Assembly (NCBI RefSeq): GCF_963921235.1 | Contig: NC_086098.1 | Coordinates: 4,092,001 to 4,156,000 of the forward strand | Origin: Mobula hypostoma | Taxonomy: Eukaryota | Direction of reading: 5' to 3' | Length of the DNA stretch: 64,000 nucleotides | Shown here: positions 25,431-37,265 of the stretch, one piece after another | Numbering within the stretch: position 1 is the stretch's first letter | Layout of the letters: every line of letters begins with the position of its first letter | Translations under genes and position numbers: made by a program | Notes under the pieces: model-generated | The model's database searches: none | What the model saw: the letters and a program-made list of their open reading frames with translations, nothing else | What the model was told of the DNA's origin: nothing

Positions 25431-27195
25431 CTGTGCTGCTGATTCCACCCTCCCAGACGCGTTGAATAACTTCTACGCTCGTTTTGAGGCGGAAAATGAC
25501 GTGGCGGCGAGGAAGACCACCCCTCTCCAAATGACCAGGTACTGTGTCTTACCGTGGCCGATGTAAGGAGAACCCTGTGCAGGGTCAACCCACGGAAGGC
25601 TGCTGGACCAGACAATATTCCTGGCAGAGTGTTTATTGGATGTGATGACCAGCTAGCTGAGATTCTCACTGACGTCTTCAACGTCTCCCTGAGCAGTGCC
25701 GTCGTTCCTACGTGCTTCAAGGCCGTCACCATCGTCCCCGTGCTGAAGAAGTCTTCAGTGTCCTGCCTCAACAACTATTGTCCCGTTGCACTCACATCCA
25801 TCATCATGAAGTGTTTCGAGAGGCTCGTCATGAGGCACATCAAGACCCTGCTGCCCCCCTCACTGGACCCCCTGCAGTTCACGTACCGTCCCAACCGTTC
25901 AACAGACAACGCCATTGCCATCACCCTCCACCTGGCCCTAACCCACCTGGACAAAAAAAGACACGTACGTTCGAATGCTGTTTATAGACTTCAGTTCAGC
26001 ATTCAACACAATCATTCCTCAGAAACTGATTGGAAAGCTGAGCCTACTGGGCCTGAACACCTCCCTCTGCAACTGGATTCTAGACTTCCTGACTGGGAGA
26101 CCTCAGTCAGTCCAGATCGAGAGCAGCATCTCCAACACCATCACACGGAGCATGGGGGCCCCCCACGGCTGTGTGCTCAGTCCACTGCTGTTCACTGTGC
26201 TGACCCACGACGGTGCTGCAACATACAGCTCGAATCACATCATCAAGTTCGCCGATGACACGACTGTGGTGGGTCTCATCAGCAAGAACGATGAGTCAAC
26301 ATACAGAGAGGAGGTGCAGCAGCTAACAGACTGGTGCAGAGCCAACAACCTGTCTCTGAATGTGAACAAAACAAAAGAGATGGTTGTTGACTTCAGGAGA
26401 ACACGGAGTGACCATCCTCCGATGAACAGTGATGACTCCTCCGTAGAGATCGTTAAGAGCACCAAATTTCTTGGTGTTCACCTGGCGGAGAATCTCACCT
26501 GGTCCCTCAACACCAGCTCCATAGCCAAGAAAGCCCAGCAGCGTCTCTACTTTCTGCGTAGGCTGAGAAAAGTCCATCTCCCACCCCCATCCTCACCACA
26601 TTCTACAGAGGTTGTATTGAGAGCATCCTGAGCAGCTGCATCACTGCCTGGTTCGGAAATTGCACAGTCTCGGATCACAAGACCCTGCAGCGGATAGTGA
26701 GGTCAGCTGAGAAGATCATCGGGGTTTCTCTTCCTGCCATTACAGACATTTACACCACATGCTGCATCCGTAAAGCAAACAGCATTATGAAGGACCCCAC
26801 ACACCCCTCATACAAACTCTTCACCCTCCTGCCCTCTGGCAAAAGGTACCGAAGCATTCGGGCTCTCACGACCAGACTATGTAACAGTTGCTTCCCCCAA
26901 GCCATCAGACTCCTCAATACCCAGAGCCTGGATTGACACCAACCTACTGCCCTCTACTGTGCCTATTGTCTTGTTTATTATTTATTGTAATGCCTGCACT
27001 GTTTTGTGCACTTCATGCAGTCCTGGGTAGGTTGTAGTCTTGTGTAGTTTTTGTGTTGTTTTACGTAGTTCAGTGTAGTTTTTGTATTGTTTCATGTAAC
27101 ACCATGGTCCTGGAAAATGTTGTCTCATTTTTACTGTGTACTGTACCAGCAGTTATGGTCGAAATGACAACAAAAAGATGACTTGACTTGACTTG
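25431..27195 (+). mobile_element. Rex1/Babar LINE: RT region to 3' end, (ACTTG)n tail
   Basis: ORFs 25554-26258 ([26 protein letters not shown]), 25975-26631 ([15 protein letters not shown]) and 26697-26936. Confidence 0.9.
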
Positions 27196-27306
27196 AGAAT
27201 AAAAAGGTTGTGGGAGGGAAAGGAGACTAGGAGAAGCCAGGTGGGTGGGGAAGGTAAAAGGCTGGAGAAGAAGGAATCTGACAGGAGAGGGGAGTAGACC
27301 ATAGGA

Positions 27307-27442
27307 CAGGGTACCCCAATTAGTTTTCCACAAGGGCCAAATTATGTCAAGCATGCCAAGCCAAGGGCCAAAACGTCCAGGGTTTTTTTTCATTGCACCA
27401 GTAAGTTGTTTTATGGGCAGATGTTGTTGTTGCTGCTATTAC

Positions 27443-27477
<35 letters not shown>

Positions 27478-29586
27478 GTAGTAGTAGTAGTAGTAGTAGT
27501 GGTAGTAATAATTTAGGGCTGGGATTCTCAAAGCCTGTGTTGTGGGTCACACAAGAAAAAAAATGCACTCTTGAAACAAAATAAGTTCAAAACCAACCAT
27601 TTAGTTATGACTCTAGCTATCACAACTGTCAGCTGTCACATTGAGAACTCATCTGGGACTTAAAATACAGACACACACATGGTAGTCTTCACCACACTTC
27701 TCTTCCACACAAGGAGTTTTAGTAGTACTGCCCTTTCCACTGTTTCTGTTCTCTGATTTAATCTATTTGTTCTTTTTAATTAAGCTATGTAGCATATGAA
27801 GTGTAGCTATAAATGAAATTATCAGTATTATTGTTGTTGTAATATTATTATGCCACAATAAGATTGACAAATGGACAAAAATAAATTGATTCACTCACCA
27901 ATCAGTGAGAGAAGTGACAGCGACGGGATGAGGCAACCCTTCTGATGTCGGGTCTGTATTCTGTTGTGGCAATCCTGGGGCACTGGCCAAGGTGTGCATG
28001 GAGAGTCTGTTTCCGCCCTGGTTCTTGATAGAGTTCATTGAAGACAACGATGACTCACATATGTACATGGAGGGGAACAGTGTGAGTAGGAGCATTGCAA
28101 TAGCTCTTGTGTTTTTGAATTGAACTTGGGGAACCACATTGATCCAAAAGTCACTCACCCCAACGTCCTTGTGTTGTGCTTTGAGTAAATCAGATGTTCC
28201 CATTTCCAAGACCTCCATCTGAAGAGTTGCCTCATCTATGGAAGGCTCCAGCTTTTTTGCCTCTGCAGTCCGCTGGCCGTCAGCCGAAATGGAGAACGGC
28301 TGTCTCAGGAAGAGGAGGATGTCACCTGAGAGTTTAGGGGAGCTTTCAAACCGTTCCCTGAAGTTTTCTGCAAGGCTCATCACAAAATCCTTCATCACTG
28401 GATCCTCCAGCATTTCGTTCTTCTCGCAATGCTCCCACAGACATGGAAAGTGCAACTTTCTCCCGTGAATGTCTCTCTCCAAAAGGTTCAGCTTTGACCG
28501 GAAAGCTTCAATCGCCTCGTACATGTCCGCAACAGTGTGGTTGTTGCCTTGTAATTGCAGATTAAGTTGATTTAGATGAGACATGATGTCACACAAAAAA
28601 GAACACGTGCCATCACCTTGTTGTCACTTAAAAACCTCTTAAATCCTTGAGTTTTTTGGCTCTGCAGGCTGGATAAAAATGACACAAGCTCATGGTGCAG
28701 GTCGCACACCCTCTCCAACACACGGCCTTTGCTCAGCCATGAACATCATTATGCAGCAAAAGATCTTTGTGTTCCGCTGACATTTCCTCCAGCAATGCTC
28801 CGAAAAGGCAATGTTGCAGACTAGAACTCTCACGAACGAAATTTACCAGTCTCGTCACAGTATCCATCACCTCTTTCATTTCTCCACACAGTTTAGTGCA
28901 CAACACTGATTTGTGAATAATGCAATGAAATGCCGAGAGTGCTGGGTTAACAGCGGCAAACCTGCTTACCAAGCCCTTGTGTTGGCCCACCATCGACGGA
29001 GCCCCATCGGTGACAACGGACACCATTTTGCTCACATCCAAGCCATTCTTCTCAAAGAACTGTGTCAATTTGTTAAAAATTATTTCCCCAGTTGTGCGCC
29101 CAGGCAGAGGAAGCAAACAAAGTAGCTCTTCCCAAAAGGTCATCCCATCAAAAAATCTTGCCAACACAGATAGCTCTTCCATATTGGTTCGGTCACAGGA
29201 CGAGTCTATGGCTAGTGACATGGCTTCTGCTTTCTCCAAATCAGTGAGTAGATTGGAAAGACACTCCTCCGCTAAAACTTCTACTCATCTTGTTGCCGTG
29301 TTAGCCCACAATGGCATCGTCTTTAATAGCTCCACAACCGTTTCCTTCGTTTTCTCTTCATGACTTAAAACTTCGCACACCATACCAATTTCACACGTTT
29401 TAATCAACTCGGCATTGCGCGTCCTATGGGGGCGTAGGTCAAGTGTACGGTGTGGGATGAGGTTAAAATAAATTAGAGCAGCGGGCGCTTCATTTACATG
29501 TTATGACAGGTGCGTTCACATAAGTGCTAATGGGTCAGCGCAGTCCAGACATTTGGTTCTCGCGGTCCGCCTACTGGGGTTGTCTG
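27307..29586 (-). mobile_element. hAT DNA transposon (Buster/Charlie, GTF2IRD2-like), internally deleted, with a decayed transposase
   Basis: Perfect 8-bp TSD CCATAGGA (27299-27306 and 29587-29594). Imperfect TIRs CAGGGTACCCCAA and CAGACAACCCCAG. Motifs SLAIDSS, VTDGAPSMVG, HCIIH and LFPSMYICES in ORFs 28733-29239 and 27895-28596. Confidence 0.92.
27437..27512. repeat. Compound microsatellite (ATT)n(AGT)n inside the hAT element
   Basis: Read directly from the sequence. Confidence 0.9.
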
Positions 29587-29820
29587 CCATAGGAGAAAAG
29601 GGAAGGAGGAGAGGATCAAGGGGGAGGTGATAGGCAGATGAGCAGAGGTAAGAGGCCAGTGTGTGGAACAGGAAAAAGCAGAGGGGGAGGGAACCAACTT
29701 TTAACCTGAAGGAGAAATCGATATTCATGCATCTGGTTTGAGGCTACCCAGATTGAATACAAGGTGTTGCTCCTCCACCCTGAGAGTGTCCTCATCATGG
29801 CACAAGAGGAGGCCAAGGAC

Positions 29821-30360
29821 CAGATCGGAACAGGAATGGGAATGGATTGACACGTCGAAACAGGAATGGGAATGGGCCAACACATCGAAACAGGAATGGG
29901 ATTGGACTGACAAGTTCGAACAGGAATGGGAATGGACCGACAAGTCGAAACAGGAATGGGAATGGACCAACAAGTCAGAACAGGAACAGGAATGGACCTA
30001 CACATCACAACAGGGATGGGAATGGAATGACAGGTTGAAACAGAACTGGGAATGGACCGACACATCGAAACAGGAATGGGAATGGACCGACAGGTCAGAA
30101 CAGGAATGGGAATGGACTGACAGGTCGAACGTGAATAGGAATGGACTGACAAGTCGGAACAGGAATAGGAATGGACAGATAAGTCGGAACAACAATGGGA
30201 ATGGACCGACAGGTCGGAACAGGAATAGGAATGGACCGACAGGTCGGAACAGGAGTGGGAATGGACCGACAGGTCGGAACAGGAGTGGGAATGGACCGAC
30301 AGGTCGGAACAGGAGTGGGAATGGACCGACAGGTCGGAACAGGAGTGGGAACAGACTGAC
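29821..30360. repeat. 30-bp minisatellite, about 18 units, consensus close to CAGGTCGGAACAGGAATGGGAATGGACCGA
   Basis: Clear 30-nt period with one 1-nt indel near 30125. Contiguous with PLE GIY-YIG sequence. Confidence 0.95.
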
Positions 30361-30361
30361 A

Positions 30362-30490
30362 ACAACTGAACCTCCTGACCATGTCTGCATGTTTTTATGC
30401 ACTGGGTTGCTGCCACATGATTGGCTGATTAGATACTTGCATTGACAAGCAGTTGTACAGGTGTTCCTAATAAAATAGTCACTGAGTGTA
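30362..30490. mobile_element. Tc1-like terminal fragment
   Basis: Ends ggtgttcctaataaaatagtcactgagtgTA, homologous to 22440-22549. Confidence 0.6.
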
Positions 30491-30494
30491 TTTC

Positions 30495-31322
30495 TAAGTC
30501 AGAAAATAATGCAACTTTCCAAAAACAGAGGTGCAAAGGGGGTGTGCAGGATTCCCTAAAGGTTAACTTGCAGTTTCAGTCAGTGGTGAAGAAAGCAAAT
30601 GAAATGTTAGTATTCATCTCGACAGGTCTAGGATCTAAAAGCAAGGATGTTATGCTGAGGGTTTAAAAGGCAATGGTGAGGCCTCACAGAGTACTGTGAG
30701 CAGTTTTTGTCCCCTTATCCAAGAAAGGATGTGCTGTCATTGGAGAGCGTTCATAGAAAGTTCATGAAAATGATCCGAGGAGTGAAGGGGTTAAGACATG
30801 AGGAGTGTTTGATGGCCCTGGGCTTGTACTCACTGGAATTTAGAAAAATGAGCGGGGTTCTCAATGAACCTATCGAATATTGAAAGACCTAGATAGAGTG
30901 GATGTGGAAGGGGTGTTTCCATTGTCGGGGAGTCTAGGACATCGGTTATATTTAAAGTGGAGGTTGATAGGTTCTTGATAAGAATGAACGAAGGTTACGG
31001 GGAGAATGCAGGAGTGTGTGTTTCAGAGAGGTAATAAATCAGCCACGGTGGAATGATGGAGCAGATGCAGATCCCCTTCATTTTTCTGTACTGATAGTGA
31101 GGACAGGCCCAGAGCCATCAAACATTCCTCACAGGTTAACCCTTTCATTCTTGGGATCACTCGTAAATCTCCACTTGACCCCCTGCAATGCTGCCACATC
31201 CTTTCTTAGATAGGGAGCCCAAAACTGCTCAAAGACTCCAGATGTGGTCTGACCAATACGTTATAAACCCTCGGCATTACATCCTTACTTTTATATTCCA
31301 GTCCCCTTGAAATGGATGCTAA
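30495..31322. mobile_element. CR1 3' fragments, tail to tail (+ 30495-31065; - 31070-31322)
   Basis: ORF 30442-30666 (VNLQFQSVVKKANEML) and its inverted homologue. Confidence 0.75.
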
Positions 31323-31324
31323 CA

Positions 31325-31600
31325 GTTATTTACTTATTGAGACTCAGCATGGAATGGGTCCCTTTGAGCCACGCTGCCCAGCAATCCCCCAGTTCTAACC
31401 CCAACCTAATCACAGGACAATTTATAATGACCAACTAACCTACCAGTCGTTAAGTCTTTAGTGTGGGAGGAAACTGGAAAACGTGGAGGAAACCCATGCG
31501 GTCACAGGGAGAACGGACAAACTCCTTACAGATCGCAGTGGGTATGGAACTTGGGTTGCCTGTACTGTAAAGCATTGTACTAACCACTACACCACCATGC
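31325..31600 (-). mobile_element. V-SINE copy
   Basis: gtgggaggaaactggaaaacgtggaggaaacccatgcggtcacagggagaacggacaaactcc is the reverse complement of the V-domain. Confidence 0.75.
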
Positions 31601-32294
31601 AGCCTTCATTTGTCTACTTTAATAACATTATGTCATACAAAATATGTCAGTATTTTACATATTCTACACAGGTGAATGTATCTGTGTTCTGTCCCTTAAT
31701 GACATCCCGTCCACATGCAGTTCATATTCCTGCCCATCTATCAGTGAGAGATTTTGAAGATTTGCATACAAATTTGATTGTACAAAAACAGATATTAATT
31801 TAGAGTGTCCTTATTGTTTAATTTGCTTAAAAGTGGGGTGCATTTGCCTGTTAAAGTTCTCAAAATCCATCAAGCTGATTTCTCCGATACATTAGGCTAC
31901 CTCATGCTGGCACGTCAACTCGTGCAATCAAAGCCCTCTGTAGATGCCTGAGCTCACCTATCGAGTGTATCAGGCAGATGAACACTTCATTCCATCTGCT
32001 TCCCAGGGGTCTAATCAGCATGCCAAGCTGCAGCCGTGATTACATCACCTGATCTTGTTTAAAACGAGTTGATCGCATCACTTTCAGTCTTAACAGTGTG
32101 TCTTTGTCAGGAACGTGAACCTTACTTTGCTTTTCCCGAATGCTTTGTCTTTTCAGACACTCAAGGTCAGAAACAGGTTTAATATCACTGACATAATTCA
32201 TGAAATATGCTGTTTTGTGGCAACAGTACACTGCAGTGCATAAAAAAAATTACCATCAGTAATGAAAAGAAATATATATAAAAAATAAGAAGCT

Positions 32295-33030
32295 GAGGTT
32301 TAATTGTTATTCGTACATGTATGCAGCCAAATGAAACAGTGTTACTTCGGGCCCAAGGTGCAAAACATAGCACCAACAGTCATGCACAGCACAAGGCACA
32401 CATTGCACAAATAAACATACAGTTACACAAAAAGTATATAGTTCAAAGTCCCTGAGTCTATGAACGTTGTAGTAGTCTGCAGTTAAACACAATACAGCTT
32501 GTCTTCAGCCGCGTGAACACAGTGGGGAGTGGGGGCAGGACAACCTCCAGTTTGAATGCCGCACCATAGCACCTCTGATGCCTGTGTTCTCGACGGCTGT
32601 AAACAGACGGCACTGCAGCTTGGGGCCGAGTCCTGGCTACAACCAGGGCTATTCAGCTCCCCCATCGTCCTCCCCACCGACCACCAATAAGTCAGTGAAC
32701 TGGCCTTGCAGCACTCCACATTAACATTGTCCAGCAGGATCATGTGATCATAAGAAAACTGACGAAGACCATCATGCTCTGTTAGACTACACACTGCTTT
32801 TGCGCACGGACTCCTATGATGCCTCTCTGTCGCAGGCAGCAGCATGATCTGCACCAGGTCCAGCTCCTCAGTTTCTCCACCAACGAGCAACTTGCAGACA
32901 GGGTAGACTGCAATACTTAAAGTTCTTAATGTCTAACAGGGTTTTTCAATCGTAAAAAATGTTTAAAAAAGGTAACACTTTTGGTTGGTCCCGTAGAAGC
33001 CACCGCAATCAAACACACCTCCATTTTATC
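32295..33030 (-). mobile_element. Non-coding retroposon-like element with a Rex1-type 3' end
   Basis: Minus-strand head aaaatggagg and 3' region gtttcatttggctgcatacatgtacgaataacaattaaac. Sits within Rex1 tail pieces at 32165-32260 and 33050-33130. Confidence 0.5.
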
Positions 33031-33149
33031 AGAAACAAGTAGAGCAAAAAGAGAATAGGATACTGAGGTAGTGTTCATGGGTTCAATATCCGTTCAGAAA
33101 TCTGATGGCAGAGAGGAGGAAGTTACAACAGGAGGGTAGGAAAGGCATG

Positions 33150-36100
33150 ACAAAAGGGCAATGATATGATAGGCGTGTGGGGTCGATTGGGAAAATTAGG
33201 TTGGTGCTTGATCCCAAGAGAGGGAAATTTGTAGAATGCTTACAAGATGGCATTTTAGAGCAGCTTGTGGTTGATCCCACCAGGGAAAAGGCTATTCTGA
33301 ACTGGGTGATGTGTAATGAACTGGATCTGATTAGGGAACCCTCAGGAGGGAATGATCATAACACAACAGAGTTCCCCTTCAGTTTGAGAGGGAGAAGGTA
33401 AAGTCAGATGTATCAGTATTACAGTGGAGTAAAGGAAATTATAGAAGCATGAGAGAAGAGCTGGCCAAAGATGATTGCAAGAGGACACTGGAAGAGTGGA
33501 CGGCAGAGCAGCAATGACTGGAGTTTCTGGGAGCAATTCCGAAGGCGCAGGACAGCTACATCCTAAAGGAGAAAAAGTGTTCTAAAGGCAGGATGACACA
33601 ATTGTTGCTGAAAAGGGAAGTCAAAAGCTACATAAAAATAACGGATGGGACACATAATAGAAAAAAATTAGTAGGAAGTTAGAATTAAAAAGTCTTTAAG
33701 AACGTAAAGGTGGAATACAAAAGTAAGCTAGCCAATAAAATTAAAGAGGATAACAAAAGTTTCTTCAGATACATAAAGTATAAAAGAGAGGCGAGAGTGG
33801 ATATCAGACCACTGGAAAACATGCTGGAGAGATAGTAATGGGGCAATTAAATGGTTAACAAACTGAATAAGTATTTTGCACCATCTCCACTGGGAAAGAC
33901 ACGAGAAGTGTACCAGAAGTGCAAGAGTGTCGGGGGACAGAAATTAACGCAATTGCTATTACTAGGGAGAAAGCGCTTGGGAAGATGAAAGGTCTGAAAG
34001 CGGATAAGTCACCTGGACCAGGTGGTGTATATCCCAGGGTTCTGAAAGAGGTGGCTGAAGAGGTTGTGCAGACATTGGTAATGATAGAAGAAACATAGAA
34101 ACATAGAAAACCTACAGCACAATACAGGCCCTACAGCCCACAATGCTGTGCCGAACATGTATTTACTTTAGAAATTACCTAGGGTTACCCATAGCCCTCT
34201 ATTTTTCTAAGCTCCACGTATCTATCCAGGAGTCTCTTAAAAGACCCTATTGTATCTCTCTCCACCACCGTCACTGGCAGCCCATTCCACGCACTCACCA
34301 CTCTGCATAAAATAACCTACCACTGACATCTCCTCTGTACCTACTTCCAAGCGCCTTAAAACTGTGCCCTCTTGTGATAGCCATTTCAGCCCCGGGAAAA
34401 AGCCTCTGACTATCCACATGATCAATGCCTCTCATCATCTTATACACCTCTATCAGGTCACCTCTCATCCTCCGTCGTTCCGAGGAGAAAGAGCCAACTT
34501 CACTCAACCAGTGATCTTTCAAGACTCACTGGATTCTGGCATGGTTCTGGGAGAAAGAGCCAAGTTCACTCTTCAAGAAGGGAGAGAGGCAGAAAAATGG
34601 AAATTGTAGGACAGTTAGCCTGACCTCAGTAAATCAATCTCTCTCTCTCACTCTCTCTCTCCCTCCCTCCCTCCCTCCCTCTCCCTCTCTGTATCTACTG
34701 ATATCTACTATAAGCATACGGACTCTCACAGCTCCCTGGACTATTCCTCTTCCCACCCTGTCTCTTGCAAAAATGCCATCCTCTTCTTGCAATTCCTCCG
34801 TTTTCGCTGCATCTGCTCGCAGGATGAAGCTTTTCATTCCAGGACGAAGGAGATGTCCTCCTTTTTTAAAGAAAGGGGTTCCCTTCCTCCACCATCAACT
34901 CTGCTCTCAAACGCATCTCTCCCATTTCACACATATCTGCGCTCAACCCATCCTCCCGCCAGCCCACTAGGAATAGGGTTCCCCTTATCCTCACCTACCA
35001 CCCCACCAGCCTCCGGGTCCAACATATAATTCTCCGTAACTTCCGCCACCTCCAACGGGATCCCACCACTAAGCACATCTTTCCCTCCCCCCCCCCCCGT
35101 TTTCCGCAGGGATTGCTCCCTACGCGACTACCTTGTCCATTCGTCCCCCCCCATCCCTCCCCACCAATCTCCCTCCTGGCACTTATCCTTGTAAGCAGAA
35201 CAAGTGCTACACATGCCCTTATACTTCCTCCCCTACCACCATTCAGGGCCCCAGACAGTCCTTCCAGGTGAGGCGACACTTCACCTGTGAGTCGGCTGGG
35301 GTGATATACTGCGTCCGGTGCTCCCGATGTGGCCTTCTATATATTGGCAAGATCCAATGCAGGCTGGGAGACCGTTTCGCTGAACACCTACGCTCTGTCC
35401 ACCAGAGAAAGCAGGATCTCCCAGTGGCCACACATTTTAATTCCACGTCCTATTCCCATTCTGACATGTCTATCCATGGCCTCCTCTACTGTAAAGATGA
35501 AGCCACACTCAGGTTGGAGGAACAACACCTTATATTCCGTCTGGGTAGCCTCCAACCTGATGGCATGAACATTGACTTCTCAAACTTCCGCTAATGCCTC
35601 ACCTCTCCCTCGTACCCCATCCGTTATTTATTTTTATACACACATTCTTTCTCTCTCTGTCCCTCTCACTATACCCCTTGCCCATCCTCTGGGTTCACCC
35701 CCACTATTCTTTCTCCCTGGGCTTCCTGTCCCATGATCCTCTCATATCCCTTTTGCCAATCACCTGTCCAGCTCTTGGCTCCATCCCTCCCCCTCCTGTC
35801 TTCTCCTATCATTTTGGATCTCCCTCTCCCCCTCCCACTTTCAAATCTCTTACTAGCTTTTCTTTCAGTTAGTCCTGACGAAGGGTCTCGGCCTGAAACA
35901 CCCACTGTACCTCTTCCTATAGATGCTGCCTGGCCTGCTGCGTTCACCAGCACTTTTTGCGTAGGTTGCTTGAATTTTCAGCAACAGCAGATTTCCTCGT
36001 GTTGGAGTACTGTGAGCAGTTTTGGACCCTTACCTAAGAAAGGATGTGCTGACATTGGAGAGGGTCCAGAGGATATTCACAAGAATGTTTCAGGGGATGA

Positions 36101-36515
36101 AAAGTTTATCATTTGAGAAGTGTTTGACGGCTCTGGGCCTATACTCACTTGAATCTATTGAATGTTGAAAGGCCTAGATAGAGAGCATGTTTCCTATTGT
36201 GGGGGAGTCTAGGACTAGAGGGCACAGCCTCAGAATAGAGGGACATCCATTTATAATGGACATGAGGAGGAATTTCTTTAGCCAGAGAGTGGTGAATCTG
36301 TGGAACTCATTGCCTCGGGCAGCTGTGGAGGCCAAGTCACTGGGTACATTTAAGGTGGAGATTGATCAGTTCTTGATTAGTTAGGGTGTAAAAGGTTACA
36401 GGAAGCAGGAAGGAGATTGGGGTTGAGAGGTAAAATGGATCAGCCATGACGGAGTGACGGAGCCGACTCAATGGGCCCAATGGCATCATTCTGCTCTTAC
36501 GTCTTATGGTCTTGT
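33150..36515 (+). mobile_element. Decayed CR1 ORF2 hosting a CR1 3' end (-, 34087-34508) and a PLE (+, 34635-36000)
   Basis: EN and linker remnants at 33177-34085, RT start at 34510-34630, 3' part and tcttatggtctt tail at 36001-36515. Confidence 0.8.
34635..36000 (+). mobile_element. Penelope-like element (Neptune-like): RT C-terminus, GIY-YIG endonuclease and 3' UTR
   Basis: ORF 35133-35594: GTYPCKQNKCYTC, GVIYCVRCSRCGLLYIG, RFAEH, EEQHLIFRLGSLQPDGMN. Hammerhead motif at 35871-35906. Confidence 0.92.
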
Positions 36516-36589
36516 GGTGATGAAACTTGGCTTAGAGTGCTTAACTACAAAAGTTCGGTGCTGGATATGTAAAAGATGTGACCCGCACT

Positions 36590-37215
36590 CCACAGCTGTT
36601 TGATGGCAATCCCAAACAAACCGATTAACCCTAACCTCATGACAGAACAATTTACAATGACAATTAACCTACCCAGCACACTTTGGACTGTGGGTGGAAA
36701 CCGGACCACCCAGAGAAAACCCAGGCATTACACAGGGAGAACGTACAGATACTTACAGGGGACGCCAGGATTGAACTCTGAACTCCGGAATGCCCCGAGC
36801 CGTAAAAGTGTTGTGCGAACCGCTACAGCACCGTGACGCCGCGTGGGGTACGTTGGCTTGGGAGAGGACACTGATATTGCTTTCTGGTAGCATGGAGAGA
36901 CGCATGGTAATGAAATAATGAAACTGTTAGCATAATGCTTTACTGTTCCAAAGATCGTTTGGAAGATCCGGGCTCAATTCCCACCACCATCTGTAAGGAG
37001 TTTGTACGTTTTCCCTGTTTTCCTCCAAGTGCTCTAGTTTTCTCTGCCAGTCCAAAGACATAAGGATCAGGGTTAATAAATTGTGGCCATGCTACATTAG
37101 TGCCAGAAGCACAGCGACACTTGCCTAACACTACTCGGATCGTCTGCTTGTTGACACAAGTGATGCATTTCCCTGAATGTTTCAACATTTTGATGTACCT
37201 GTGACAAATAAAGCT
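36590..37215. mobile_element. Two head-to-head V-SINE copies (- 36590-36845; + 36960-37215)
   Basis: V-domain ggagtttgtacgttt...gtccaaagacat on the plus strand and its reverse complement upstream. Tail gatgtacctgtgacaaataaagc. Confidence 0.7.
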
Positions 37216-37265
37216 TATCTCAAGGAACTGTTGGACATTATTGAGTCACTTAACAAGGTATCTAT

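Larger units (their letters stand above)
25264..29820 (-). mobile_element. Single PLE 3' fragment split into three pieces (25264-25430, 27196-27306, 29587-29820)
   Basis: The pieces are collinear with the intact PLE copies: terminus and hammerhead, then purine-rich UTR, then EEQHLVFNLGSLKPD. Confidence 0.8.

Noticed and set aside
27347..27568. Hydrophobic poly-Leu/Ile membrane peptide ORF
   Set aside because: It is the translation of the (ATT)n(AGT)n microsatellite.
27895..29239. Domesticated GTF2IRD2/ZBED-like host gene
   Set aside because: Frameshifts, stops, an N-terminal deletion, TIRs and a TSD indicate a transposon copy.
29821..30360. CRISPR array, or repeat-protein ORFs (QEWEWTDKSK, SIPIPVPTCR, GNGPTGRNRS)
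   Set aside because: Contiguous tandem units with no unique spacers and no cas genes, in a eukaryotic context. Several frames on both strands are open only because the 30-bp unit lacks stops.
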